Part shown: positions 1-12,593 of the stretch, piece after piece | Layout: the number at the start of each line of letters is the position of its first letter | Numbering within the stretch: position 1 is the first letter of the stretch | Source: Lama glama | Lineage: Eukaryota | Assembly: GCA_028534125.1 (NCBI GenBank) | Contig: CM052818.1 | Coordinates: forward strand, 28,150,001 to 28,214,000 | DNA length: 64,000 nucleotides | Direction of reading: 5' to 3' | The notes under the pieces: generated by a model | Databases searched by the model: none | Told to the model about the DNA's origin: nothing | What the model saw: only the letters and a program-made list of their open reading frames with translations | Program-made: the position numbers and the translations under genes

Positions 1-935
1 CTCCCCTCTTCACGGGACTCCCACTGAGGTTGCTAGTTTCTACATGAAAGTTTTTATCAACAGTTTCATTTTGCAGAAGGGATGTCTTTTGTAACTAGAT
101 GGCCACAGGGTACAATTAATTGCAGTATGAGCTAATTTAGATGTTATAGGAATTAAGAGATAATTATGTGTCGCTAAAATTATCTGCACACATCACCAAT
201 TACCTTAGACTACTGTAGTTGGTGGTAACACTGCCCTGCAGAAAAAGAGTGCCAGAAAATCCATTTCTCTAGGACAAAATTTTCATTTTCTACTTATCAA
301 GGTGGTAAAAACTACTCAGATTGTGACATTCTTGACTTGTGGTATTCCACCCTTTCTTTTGGCATAGCAAAACCTAAATATAATCTTGTAAAATGATAAC
401 TTGCCTTTATTAGCTCTTACATTTTATTTATCCAGGTGATGATTTTAGTCTTCTTTAACTAGCTTTTGCTAGTTTATGATCAATACTTTGTTGAGGAGCA
501 GAAATCCTAAAACATGTGAAAAAAGGTATCCAGTAAGTTATAGATAAATACAAATCTAAAATCTGGCATCTCATCTTAAGGTCTCTTTGAAAAATCACCT
601 GAAATTGTGCAAAGAGGGGCTTTATGTGCCATTTTTCTGAAATGTGCCTTTTCCGTATCTTTTTGATGTGTTCCTCCAGATTAGAAACAATCTACAGGAA
701 TCTGAGAAAATAGAAGCAACGTTTTGATGATCATAGATTTTTAAGACTCAACTAAATCAATGAAATAAATCAGTTAAGTGTGTATTTTAATACTATTTTT
801 TTAAAAGCAGATCAGTTTTTATGTTGCATACACACTTTTCTAGAATTTTCAGTTTTGTTTGTTAGTAAATTATGTTCTAAATTTAAATCAGCACTAATAA
901 TCTTGTTGTGTGGGAAGGGGAAGGGTGAATAGAGT

Positions 936-964
<29 letters not shown>
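936..964. repeat. (TG)n microsatellite
   Basis: Uninterrupted TG dinucleotide run. Confidence 0.95.
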
Positions 965-967
<3 letters not shown>

Positions 968-1101
968 GAGGGGTGGCTACTGCTGATCAAACGAATTTAG
1001 CTATCATAATGGTATTAGATATTTTCCTTAGATATATTTTTATAATTACTGTCAAACCACAGCATGCACTGACTTTGTTTTCTTACCTTTTAAATATTTA
1101 A

Positions 1102-1535
1102 TTAATTAATTAATTTTTAAAAATTTTAATTGAAGTACAGTCAGTTACAGTGTGTCAATTTCTGGTGTACAGCACAATGTCCCAGTCATGCATATACATA
1201 CATATATTCATTTTCATATTCTCTTTCATTAAAGATTATTATAAGATATTGAACACAGTTCCCTGTGCTATACAGAAGTAATTTTTTAAAATCTGTTTTT
1301 ATATGTAGTGATTAACCTTTGCAAATCTCAAACTCCCAAATTTATCCCTTCCCACCTCCTTTTCCCCAATAACCATAAGATTGTTACTATGTCTGTGAGT
1401 CTGTCTGTTTTGTAGATGAGTTCATTAGTGTCCTCTTTTTTCTTTTTCTTCTTTTTTTTCCTTTAGGTTCCACATATGAGTAATACTATATGGTATTTTT
1501 CTTTCTCTTTCTGGCTTACTTCACTTAAAATGACG
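1102..1535 (-). mobile_element. 5'-truncated L1 (LINE-1) 3' end, lineage-specific
   Basis: T-rich tail, then ttgaagtacagtcagttacagtgtgtcaatttctggtgtacagc (reverse L1 3'UTR, shared with copies at 1.7, 60 and 63.4 kb), ending ctggcttacttcacttaaaatgac; flanked by aaatatttaa at 1092-1101 and 1539-1548 (probable TSD). Confidence 0.9.
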
Positions 1536-1705
1536 TTAAAATATTTAAGGTGGCCATAATGTTTTTTTCCTCATAAGATAACAATGAAGCAGAAGAAAAT
1601 GAGAGTTGAGTTTTATTCTAATTTTACAATATCAGCATTGTGGCCTCAGTGCATGTGTTTTTGTGGCAGATGCTAATTATATGACTTTTTTTTCGCCGTG
1701 AAGAT

Positions 1706-2143
1706 ATTTTTTCCATTGAAGTATAGTCAGTTTACAATGTGTCAATTTCTGGTGTACAGCATAATTTTCAGTCATATACATATACACACACATAATCCTC
1801 TTCATATTCTTTTTCATTTTAGGTTACCACTAGATATTGAATGTAGTTCCCTGTGATATACAGTAGAAACTCATTGTTTGTCTATTTTAAATATAGTAGC
1901 TATTATTTGCAAACTTCAAACTCCCAGTTTAGCCCTTCCCACCCCTGGTAACCATAAGTTTATGTCTGTGAATTTGTTTCTGTTATGCAAATAAGTTCAT
2001 TTATGTCTTTTTCTAAGATTCCACATATAAGTGATACCATATAGTATTTTTCTTTCTCTTTCTGGCTTACTCCATTCATGTTGTTACAAATGACATTATC
2101 TTATTCTTTTTATGGCTGCATAGTTTTCCACTGTGCGCGCGCG

Positions 2144-2178
<35 letters not shown>

Positions 2179-2596
2179 CCCCACAGCTTCTTTATCCAGT
2201 CATCTGTCAGTGGACATTTAGGTTGCTTCCATGTCTTGGCTCTTTGTATATAGTGCTGCTGTGAACATTGGGGTGCATGTATCTTTTTGAATTAGAGTTT
2301 CCTCCAGATATATTCCCAGGAGTGGGATTGCTGGATCATACAGAGAGTCCATTTTTAGTTTTTTAAAGAATCTCCATACTGTTTTCCGTAATGGCTCCAC
2401 CAAACTGCATTCCCACCGACAATGTAGGAGGGTTCCCTTGTTCCCTTTGCTCCACACCCTCTCCAGCATTTATCGTTTGTGGACGTTTGAATAATGGCCA
2501 TTCTGACTGGTGTGAGGTGATAACACATTGTGGTTTTGATTTGCAATTCTCTGATAATTAGCAGTATTGAGCATTTTTTCATGTTCCTATTGGCTA
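1706..2596 (-). mobile_element. 5'-truncated L1: 3'UTR plus ORF2 C-terminus
   Basis: Minus-strand ORFs give L1 ORF2 C-terminal motifs ([39 protein letters not shown]..; [22 protein letters not shown]) split by frameshifts; contains a (CG)n(TG)n tract at about 2133-2176. Confidence 0.95.
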
Positions 2597-4400
2597 ATTG
2601 TTACTTATATCCTGGACTTCCATTCCAGGAATGACCATATTTAATTGTGTGTCAGTAAGAGCAATTTTTGAAATTCTGTATGCCAGCTGTGCCTACCACC
2701 TCTTTCTGAAGGAATCAGTCACAGGAAGTTATTTTTGTATACATTTCTCTCACCTTTTTCTATGTTCTTCTGGTCACAATAGATTGTGGAACCAGAGCTA
2801 GAAGCAATCATGGGTTCATTGTTAATAAAAAAGATCAACTACCCAGAAGAGATTTGGTGTAAGAGCTCCCAATAGTGAATTACTCTACTGGATGGTAAAA
2901 AAAAGGAACCAGGAAAACACTGAAGTGAGGTCCACATGGAAAAGATAACAAGAGGGAAATACACCCTCTTTTGAAAAGATCAAAAGAAAACTAGGTCATT
3001 AGAGTTGTTAATACACCCTGAAGAACAATAAGAAATTTTTCCTGTTATCCTTGGAATTCCAACATATTCTAGTCACTAAATTTCTGAGACCAAGATAACT
3101 GTCGTGTGGCGAATACAACAGTCCCATGGTTCCTAATCTCCCTGTAACTCCTTGCAATAATTCTTATATCAAGAAAATCAGGTAATGGGAAAAATTTGGA
3201 AGTGCAGAAAAAAAAGTCCAGTTACTACACTTCAGAAGAACACTGAGAAAACTAGAAGGGAACATAGATGCCACCTGTGATAATCCGTTTATCTTCACTA
3301 GTCAGTAGAAAAGGGAACACTAGACTTTATACCATCAATAATCTTTCCTCTACTAACCTACCTTTCTAGACTTATGTCAAGTTATAATTCCACCTTTATT
3401 TATTCATTTCAAAATAATTACTTGATGATCCATTCATAAATAATAGCTCATGACACTCACACAACTCTTTTTGCTCCAGCTCTTTCCAATTCTTCTCTCC
3501 TTGTTTTCTCTGACAAAACCCTACTCATCCTTTAAGATCTGGACAGAATGCCACGTTCACTACTAGGTTTTCCATGATACATGACCTCACCTTTCTCCCT
3601 CCTCACATGAGCATCTCTGTTATCATATACTGTCTCATATTTCAGTAGTTTCAACCCTTACCTGCTTCTCTTGAGTGATTATCTGCTTTCTAGGGAAGTG
3701 ACCCTAATACTGTATCCCTCTCTCTCTCTCTTCCAAAGGGACTAGAACAAAAGCCTTCATACTGCTGATGCTTCAAATATAAGTGGAATAGAGGTGAATT
3801 ACTCTCATTCTTTCTGTCCAGTTGTGTTCACTCTTCCAGTAGTCTTTGGGGTGAAAATAATGAACTTTATTCTTTTTAGGATATCACATTTCAGAATAGT
3901 TATTTGTCTTCAGTTCATTTCAAAATATGGTTTAAGGAGAATGAAAATGTTCTCTAAGAAAACCTTATAGTAACTGGAAAAAGAAGTAAAAGATTTCCTA
4001 ACAAGATCACAATATAAAAATCCATAGCCAGAATGGGTCTTGCTACTGGCACAATAAATATCTTAATTTTATTGTGTCTCCTATTAATTTATTATCTCTT
4101 CAGCCAGCATGCACCACAAGCAGATTTTAGGAATTTCCTCCTGAATAATTCTCATACTAAAAAATGAATTATTTAGTTACTCATGAAGGGTATTAATGGT
4201 ATAATGCTGTGAAGAAAATAATAATTGCTCTACTTTGTCTGATTTCTTTTAAAGTTAAGTTGGCTTTTTTAAACAATATGTTGTGATTATCTTAGACTTT
4301 CTAGAGTTTGATAGTTAGAATAGATCTTAGATAACATTTAGCTAATGTTACACAAAGTTAGTAAGTGAACAATAATGATCTACGAAAACATCTTTCATAT

Positions 4401-4402
<2 letters not shown>

Positions 4403-4442
<40 letters not shown>
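4403..4442. repeat. (TG)n microsatellite
   Basis: Directly visible. Confidence 0.95.
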
Positions 4443-4446
<4 letters not shown>

Positions 4447-4449
4447 CTC

Positions 4450-4675
4450 CCTTGATTACAGCGCCTTCCCTTGTGCTCCCGAGGCTCTTGGCACCTCACC
4501 TTCACTTCTCCTGGAATAATTTGTAATTGTTGACTTGCCTGTCTGTTCCCTTATACTTTACTTCTGTTCCCTTATACTTTACTTTCCTTGAAATCTGGTA
4601 CCCTGTCTCACTGATGTGTATCATCAGCATCTACCAGAAACCTACTGGGCACTCAGTACATGTTTGGGGAAAGAA
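4450..4675 (+). mobile_element. L2 3' end remnant
   Basis: ...ccttgaaatctggtaccctgtctcactgatgtgtatcatcagcatctaccag...gggcactcagtacatgtttg resembles the L2 3' terminus; includes a 21-bp tandem duplication at 4542-4583. Confidence 0.55.
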
Positions 4676-7600
4676 TTAAATCACCTGTTTCAAACATACA
4701 AGATATGTATCCAATGAACATCTAACTATTTCCAATGAACTGCTTAACTACTTCCACTTAATGAATTGATTGAATCCAAGTTGGAATAAGTCAAGTGGTA
4801 TTTTCAAATATCCATTAGTGTTTCATCAAACAGTAAATTACCTTAATCTTTTTTGTCTTTTCAGTTCTTGCTCTAATCACCTCCTTTAGAAGACCACACC
4901 CAATCCAGCAGCCAAAGCAAAATGATAATAACTAACTCCTGGCATTTTTTTCCACTCTTAAAATTTCCACTCCTAAAATTCCTAGTTAGGGCAACATTAT
5001 TTGATTTCTACATTATGAAACACATGATGATTTCTAAAAATAATGTTATTCTAACCAAATTCACAGTGAAAACATATTTGATGCTTCTATAAATTTCGTG
5101 TTTTTTAAATATAGTAGAAAGTGTTCTCTAAGTAGTTATTAGATGTAAATCATGTATGAAATTAAACACATATTGAATATTTTCATTGCTTTATACTAAT
5201 AGCTTTAAAGAGTTATTTCTAAAATGCCTGTTGTGTGCTTTCATGTTTGCTGAAATGTGGTTCACTAGTGTAAGGAAATGACTGGAAGTAAAAGCAATAG
5301 TTCTGTTTTCTTGACTGAAGGGGAGACTTGGAAAGCTCCAAGGAGAGCAGGCTTTTGGATTTGTGCAGAATGGCCACAATGTCTGTCCGCAGCCTTGGCC
5401 TCCCCACTTTCTTTTATCATAGACTGAGCATCTGTTCAGGAATGTTGCTGAATACTCTCTTCAGTTGAGGTCTGTGTGCTGTATATATAAACCTTCCTAG
5501 GATGTTATTAGAGGTGGAACTGGGAGATGGGATTGCCTGACAATTGAACGCAAAGCTATGAGGAAGAGGAAGAATACCACATTTTCCTTCTTTTTACCTT
5601 TCCTTTGCTTTGAGGGTTACACATTACATCTTTAAGGGAGGAAGTAACCTCCATTAAGCAGTGATTCTTTTTTGTATGTCCTATTCCTACTGTATACCCA
5701 GGATCTAGAAGTCCCTTATTTTATAGCAGGTAAAATAATGTGTATTGAATGAAAAAATCAGAGATTTCATTACATTGTTTGAATGATAAAAGTCATACCT
5801 TGTTTTGTTTCTTCTAATATTTCATTTTTGTGGCTCTATTTTGAAGATAATTTACAAAGGCAGAGTTTCTATTGAGATCATTTCTTTTCATGGCTTGAAC
5901 AATTTCCTCTGCAAAAAGTTTCTACCTCTCCATCTTCTCCCCACCCCTCTTCTAGGAATACCAGGTCTACATTTCCTTTTGAGTCTATTTTTAAATTCCT
6001 TAATTTCAACAGGGCCCAGTTGGAGTCCAGTCATTTTGTCCCCCAAATGGATTTTCATCTGGTTTCCCAGTTTGACTAATGGCTCACCACATACATACGC
6101 CATTACATTTCGGACTACTTTTGACACTCCCTTTTTGTCTTGTTCGGCATTCAATAACCCACTACATCCTACTCTGTTGAGTTTAACATATCCTTTTGTA
6201 GACCCATTATATTCACCATAGCTGCCCAATTTACTGTGTATAGCTGACTCTGTCTTAGATATCAGTACAGTCTGCTGCTCTCTGCATTAGATAATCTATT
6301 AAAACAAACGGCATAATAACACTCAAGCCCACTGTAATTTCCTCATCAAAAAATAGTATCTAGGAATGAATTTTATTTATTAATTAAAATAACTATTCTG
6401 AGATGTAACCATAATCTTAGTGTGCAATGCTAGCTTCTAAATAATTATGCACAAGGGTCTTATGGCCACTTCTGTTATTACGAATGTGTTAAGCATATGA
6501 ACCTAATTACCTATTGAGGGGAACTGATGCCTGAACAGTGTGCTCTGACGAGTCTGTGCTACAAGAACATTTTCTGCTTCTTTTATTTTACTTTTAGATT
6601 TTGTTGTATTTCAGTTGATAATGTATATAATACGTCTAATCATATGACAGTTCCAATAGAAAAAAATAACTCAGGGAAAGCAACTTGTGGCACTCAGAAT
6701 CTTGATTTTTTTAAAGAACACTGTGTGAATCAAGTGTAAAGAAATAAAATTACTTAATTTGTAAAAATGCAAATATTAGCCTGAGGCTTAAAGTGTATGA
6801 AAGCACAGGCTTCATTTAAGGGTCATCTCTGGAGGTTCAAATAGTTTAATTGGCTATGAAGCCAAGCACAGAAATACAACAGGAAAAAACTAACTCTCTA
6901 AACTGAAGTCACCGAATAGAGAAGAGTTTCTGAGGGGGGAGGCGCTCAAAAAATTGAACCAAGGAAGAAACAATATGATAACTAAACACCTTGTTCAGGA
7001 ATCTAAAAAATAATAAAACCATAGGGCTAAAGACTAAACCTTTAGTCCACATTAAATATACCAATATTGAAATTTGAATAAATGCCTCCCTACCTAGTAC
7101 ATTTTTCAACCCCATAGATGGTACCCAATGGGTAAACGTATTTATCAAAATATATCAAAAAATATCAAAAGCCCTGTCAGAATGTTTTGATGGTTGGGAG
7201 CTCAGCAGAAACATTTTGACATAAAAATTTTCTGTGTAGGAATTTCTTGCACCCCAGAAGATTTGTTGCCCATTCTCCCCTGGTACCTAATACTTAGTGC
7301 TATGGTAAAGCTTTTCCCATCATCATGTAAATACTTTTTACCTGTATCACTTCACCCCTAGACTTCAAACTGTTCTGTTCAGCTGGTGTTTAGCATGAGG
7401 CAACTGGATGAATAGAGAGAGAATGAATTATTTCATGGGATAGAAGGAGAATCACTTGTAATACACTCTCCATTGTCATTCTGTCCTGTGTTACTAGTCG
7501 GTATATGTGCAAATGTTTGTGTGTGTTTATGATGATTAGTCATATAAGCAAGCATTGGCTAAATGGCAACTATATAATAAACAGCAGAGATAAAAATGGG

Positions 7601-8026
7601 TAAGAAAAGTCTAAACCCTGATGAAGTTCATGTTGTAGAAAAAAATAGGACATTTTATGGAATTGAAAGCAAACTTGCATACACTACTAAAATCTGGAAT
7701 TGTTTCTGTATGAGGGTAATAAATCTTCATTGACCTTCATTACTACAAAATTTAACTTGAGGAAAACCTACCCTAACATTAAAATCTGGCCTTAGGTACA
7801 GGAAAGTATTAAGTTCAGATATTCTATCAGTTCTTTACAAAAAACATTAATAGATTTGTAATGGGCAGTAGTCTTGTGTTGAGGGCAAAAGGAGTAGGTA
7901 ATTTGACACTAGTTATACTGAAGTAGTATTTCCATTGTGTGTAGTGTGTTAAGCAGAGGATACTATATGTAGGAAAGTATTTTCTTCTTTTTACTATCCG
8001 AATAATAACATGGCCAATCTTTGAGG

Positions 8027-8028
<2 letters not shown>

Positions 8029-8068
<40 letters not shown>
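8029..8068. repeat. (TG)n microsatellite
   Basis: Directly visible. Confidence 0.95.
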
Positions 8069-8071
<3 letters not shown>

Positions 8072-8721
8072 TGTCTGTGTCCATTACTTCTTTGAAACAA
8101 TACTGAGGTTTCCAATTGGATGACCAAGAAGAGTATGTAATAACCCTCGCAGTCAGGAAATGCCTAAACTGACAAAACCTATATTGGACTATTGTTCCCG
8201 CTTTCTCAGATAATGATCTAGACTGAACTGTTTAGGTTTGCAAAATACACTACTGAAGATTATTGTATTTCAAATGCCTTAAACTGAAGGAAAATGATGG
8301 ATCATTTGCCTAACCAGCGCTTAAGATGGGAAGTGGGATTTTATAAAAGATGATGTTACTTGCTTTGGTAGAGGTTTGAAAAAAGCACTCTCTCAGGGGA
8401 ATAAAAACTGTGTGTCCCGAGTTGTGTATAAATGGATTCCCTGCACAAAGTCCATTGTGTCTGTATGCTTTTATCTAGTCTGTGGAAACTGTATGAGAAT
8501 CACCCAGTTCTTCATTTTGTCCATGCTGCAGGGGTTCCCTCAATTTACTCCTGACTCCTGATACTAGCGCGTAAGGATCAAGACCCAAACAGGGGCTGAA
8601 GCCCAGTAGTCTCAGTGAGTGCTAAGCTTCAAAGTGAAAAGTGGCCCAGACCCAGTGAACAGTGGGGAAGAGCAAAAACTGTATAATGAGTGGGTAACAG
8701 ACGTGAGAAAATGTTCTCCTT

Positions 8722-9050
8722 CAGACTCACAGATACAGAGAACACACTAGGAGTTACAAGTGGGGAGAGGGAAGGGCGATGGGCAATACAGGGGTAGGGC
8801 AGTAAGAGGTACAAACCGTCAGGTATAGAATAAGCTACAAGGATGTATTGTACAACATGGGGAATATAGCCAATATTTTATAATAACTATAAGTGGAGTA
8901 TAACCTTTAAAAATTATGAATTACTCTGTTATACACTTGTAACTTATATAATGTTATACCACAGCTATACTTCAGTAAAAAGTAAATAAAAATAAAAAAT
9001 AAAATGGTTATCATGGCACACCTTAAACTTAAATTAACAAAGAAACAAAA
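8722..9050 (+). mobile_element. 5'-truncated L1 3'UTR with A-tail and 16-bp TSD
   Basis: cagactcacagatacagagaac...gtacaacatggggaatatagccaatattttataataact...tatacttcagtaaaaa; TSD agaaaatgttctcctt (8706-8721) / agaaaatgttcttctt (9051-9066). Confidence 0.9.
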
Positions 9051-12000
9051 AGAAAATGTTCTTCTTTCCTATATGCACTGGAAAAAAAAGACTATCCTGG
9101 CTAGACGGAAGGTAGTGAGGGTGGGAAGGGAAGCGTGCCAGTGCATGAACTGCACGTATGTGTACATGAAAATTCTTCAAGGTAGCAATCCCAGATGCCA
9201 AAGATGACATAGATAGGACTTGTGTAGAAGTGGTCTGGTTGGCGAGAATTTCATGATGGCTCTGTGATTATATGTGTAAACAAATTTAACTACAAGAGCT
9301 ATAATGAGGTGAGCACTGTCTTTTGTACAAGCCTTCCTGTTAATCTGCACCTCCTGTGGCTTTCTGTAGAGCCAGCAAGAATTTATGGATGTCTCTGTAT
9401 AGTGACTCCGTATGAGAACAGAATACCAAAATAAATGAGAAAAATATTAGTTAATATTTTCACTTGTTTTCTCTATTATATATTTAATGCTCAGGTGTGA
9501 GTTCTAGCAGGAGAACATGCTAAAAGTAAATATAATAATGAGTACACATTTTTTTCTATTCAGTAGCCATTGCCAAGTCCTTATCAAATAGTAAATCAAG
9601 AGAGAAATGGAATCCACCCTGGGTACAAGATTTTCTAATACTGTTCACTTTCCCCTCTTTTTTAGATTTAGAGCAGAATTGTCATAATGTGCATTATTTT
9701 TCAAATGATACAATCTATTCATGATGATTCTACTACCTACTTTTGAAACTATCTCTATAAACTTTATATTGGAATATAAATTGGCCTTTCAAGTGAAACG
9801 ATTTGCTTTGCAGCGTTTTTGCCTGAGGCCTTCTCTAAATCCAAAGTCTTTATAGGGACTTAAGAGGGCTGCATTTGAAAATGTTATCTGCTTTAATGTG
9901 ATATTTAGCTTTTCTTCCTTAATGAAAACATTTTCCATTTCTATGCAAGTCTGAAGTTTTTAAATTATCAAAATTGTACATGTTAAGGTGTATTATGATG
10001 TCATTTTTATTAAACAATATTTTCCTCAGTGCTAAGAAAGACATATATTTCAAATCTGAAAGTTTACAATGTTCCACCTCATAAAAAAATTGAAGCCAGC
10101 AAAGATGAAAAGGAGGCAATCTAATTTAATGGTTTGCAATTAGAGTTGATGAAGAAATGTGTTAATCAGGAGAAAATAATTCAGCTAACTTCCTGTTGGA
10201 AAATAATGAAATCAAAGAAGGTAAAGTGAGAATTCTTGCCTTCAGCTTATTCTTTCCTATACTGACAAAGTGGCAGAGCAATAAGCCAGGCATAGATTAA
10301 GAAGTCCTATTCCAAAAGTGCACCTAAATTGTTTGAAATTATGTCTTTATAAAAGGAGCAAAATTATGAGTGAAACTGGTTAGGCTGTTGCGAATATAAA
10401 CACCAAATGTGATATCATAGCTTATGAAAACAGAAATAAAATGAATCCTTAAATCAAATGTATCAGTGTAAACTGAAGAGCATATTCTGTCTCAGTAAGT
10501 CCCAATAATGTGTTGTCATGGATTATGAAAGGTCATAATATGATTTTTTTGTCACTGTCTGAAAGGATGCAGACTCAAAATATGAAATATTATTGCGAGA
10601 GACATAGTCCAGCTTTTATTCATAATCTGTGACTGTCAGTTTCATTATGATGAGAAAATGATTCTGTTTTGTATTTTTTTAATGAAAGTGTATATAGTTT
10701 GAACATGAAAAGTTAGAGAATTTTTGACCTTGCTTTGTGTTGGTAGACTGTCTTCAGGTGATAAATGAAACTCAGTCACAAACAGTGTAATAAGGCATCT
10801 GGAAAACACAGTAGCCCAAGTTCTCCAAAAGGTAACCAGTGCTTTTCTCATTGAATCAAAGGTTGTCTGAAATGGAGATAGGAATGATTTGAGGCTAACA
10901 AGGATTGCAACAAGCCACTGATCAGGACCAATGCAGGATGTTTTGTAGCTTGTCAAAACGACAATGGACTCTTGATAAAGGGAACAATAAGGAATTCAGG
11001 GTACCTGAGAAATTAAACTGGGAGCAATCTTTGTGTGCTTCATGTTGGATTCAAAAACTGATTCTGATACAGCCTGAAGAAAATTGAGCATAGTATTTTT
11101 TTTACTCTACTAACTTGAGTGAAATAAGTAAAATAAAAATAAAGGTGACATTCAACACTCTCATTCCAACTGCAGAACTTTATTTGACCTATTATTCTAG
11201 TATCGAGGCAGAAAGGACTGTTCTCACACTGCCAGTCTCTGGATTTAAATGGAAAAGGTTTGCCATCTCAAGACAATACTAAAGGTCTATTTGGATGACA
11301 TGTACCATCCTTCTTAGGTCACACCTGTGGCCCCAGAATACTTGACTAAGAGCTCCCCTCACTCTCAAACCTGTTCCAATTAGAGAATAAGGTCACTGTA
11401 CATCGAGGAACCCTGAGGCTGCCATTTCCAAACGCTAACCACACTCACCTTTTGTCCAGTTTGTCTAACTTCTGCTTCCTGTTCTGTGTGTACACAGTCA
11501 TACTGCCCACACGAGGTGCATAATAAACATGCGCTTAAGAAATATTCATGCAGTTAAAAACCTTTAAGTTACTAAAATGTGGGAAGACCTTAGATCTTTT
11601 CAGCAAAAATTTTGTTTTGGTATTTCAAGTCCATGAGTCTATGAAACATTTTTGTTGTTGTGTTAATGATATTTATTTGTTTTTGGTCATCACAGATTCA
11701 GGTCTAATTTCCCACAATGTATTAACAGCAAATACAAATCATAATGACAATCGTGTATTATTCAGCTCACTATGTAACAGACCTAATACATAAGAATGTA
11801 GGTATAGATATGTATGTATGATTTGTTCAGCTCACGCATTGTTAAAATATAATTTGAATGAGTTATATGGAGCCCACAGTCTCTAGTTGTTCATAGAATT
11901 CCCTCACCCCTCTACGCATAGTCAGTGAAGACATTATATTTCTCTCTGGTCCCTGTAAATATTTCTTTGTGACAAATGACAAATGCTTAACATTTAAGTC

Positions 12001-12090
12001 AGTAGTAACAATTCAGTATAATAAAAGAAAAGAAGTCTTAGACTAGAGTCTGAATGCTAGATCAGACTTTGGTAATTAGTTGACCATGGG

Positions 12091-12593
12091 TGTCTTAGTT
12101 CTGGCTGGTAGGATGAAATGCTGTCAGTTGAGTGGCTGAACAATAGACATTTATTTCTCACAGTTCTGGAGGCTGGGAAGTCCAAGATCAAGGTGCTAGC
12201 CAGGTAAGTTCCTGGTGAGAGCCCTCTTTCTGGTTTGCAGCTGGCATCCTCGCTGTGCCCATACGTGTTAGAAGGGGTTAGATCTCTCTCTGGAGGCCCT
12301 TTTATAAAGTACTGATCTGATTCATGAGGATGTCACCCTCATGGCTTTAGCACATCCCACATCCCAATAGGCCCCACCTACTAATACTTTTGGTGATTAT
12401 GATTTCAACATACGAATTTTGAAGGGACATGAACATTCAGATCATAGCAAGCACTAATTCCATTCATGAGGGCTCCATCCTTACAAACTAATTACCTCTC
12501 AAAATCCCCACCTTCAAAATACTACCATGTTGGGAAATAAAGTTCCAACACAAGAATCTGGGAGTGGGGCACAAAAACATTTGGTCCATAGCA
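12091..12593 (-). mobile_element. MaLR solo LTR (MLT1A/MST-like)
   Basis: TG...CA termini, diagnostic atttatttctcacagttctggaggctgggaagtccaagatcaaggtgc, perfect 5-bp TSD atggg (12086-12090 / 12594-12598). Confidence 0.9.

Noticed and set aside
1670..1712. Second T-tract plus 13 bp before the L1, a possible transduction
   Set aside because: Candidate TSD (gctaatt) is too short and degenerate to support it
5805..6229. Overlapping 138-aa and 113-aa ORFs
   Set aside because: No recognisable homology or exon context; expected by chance
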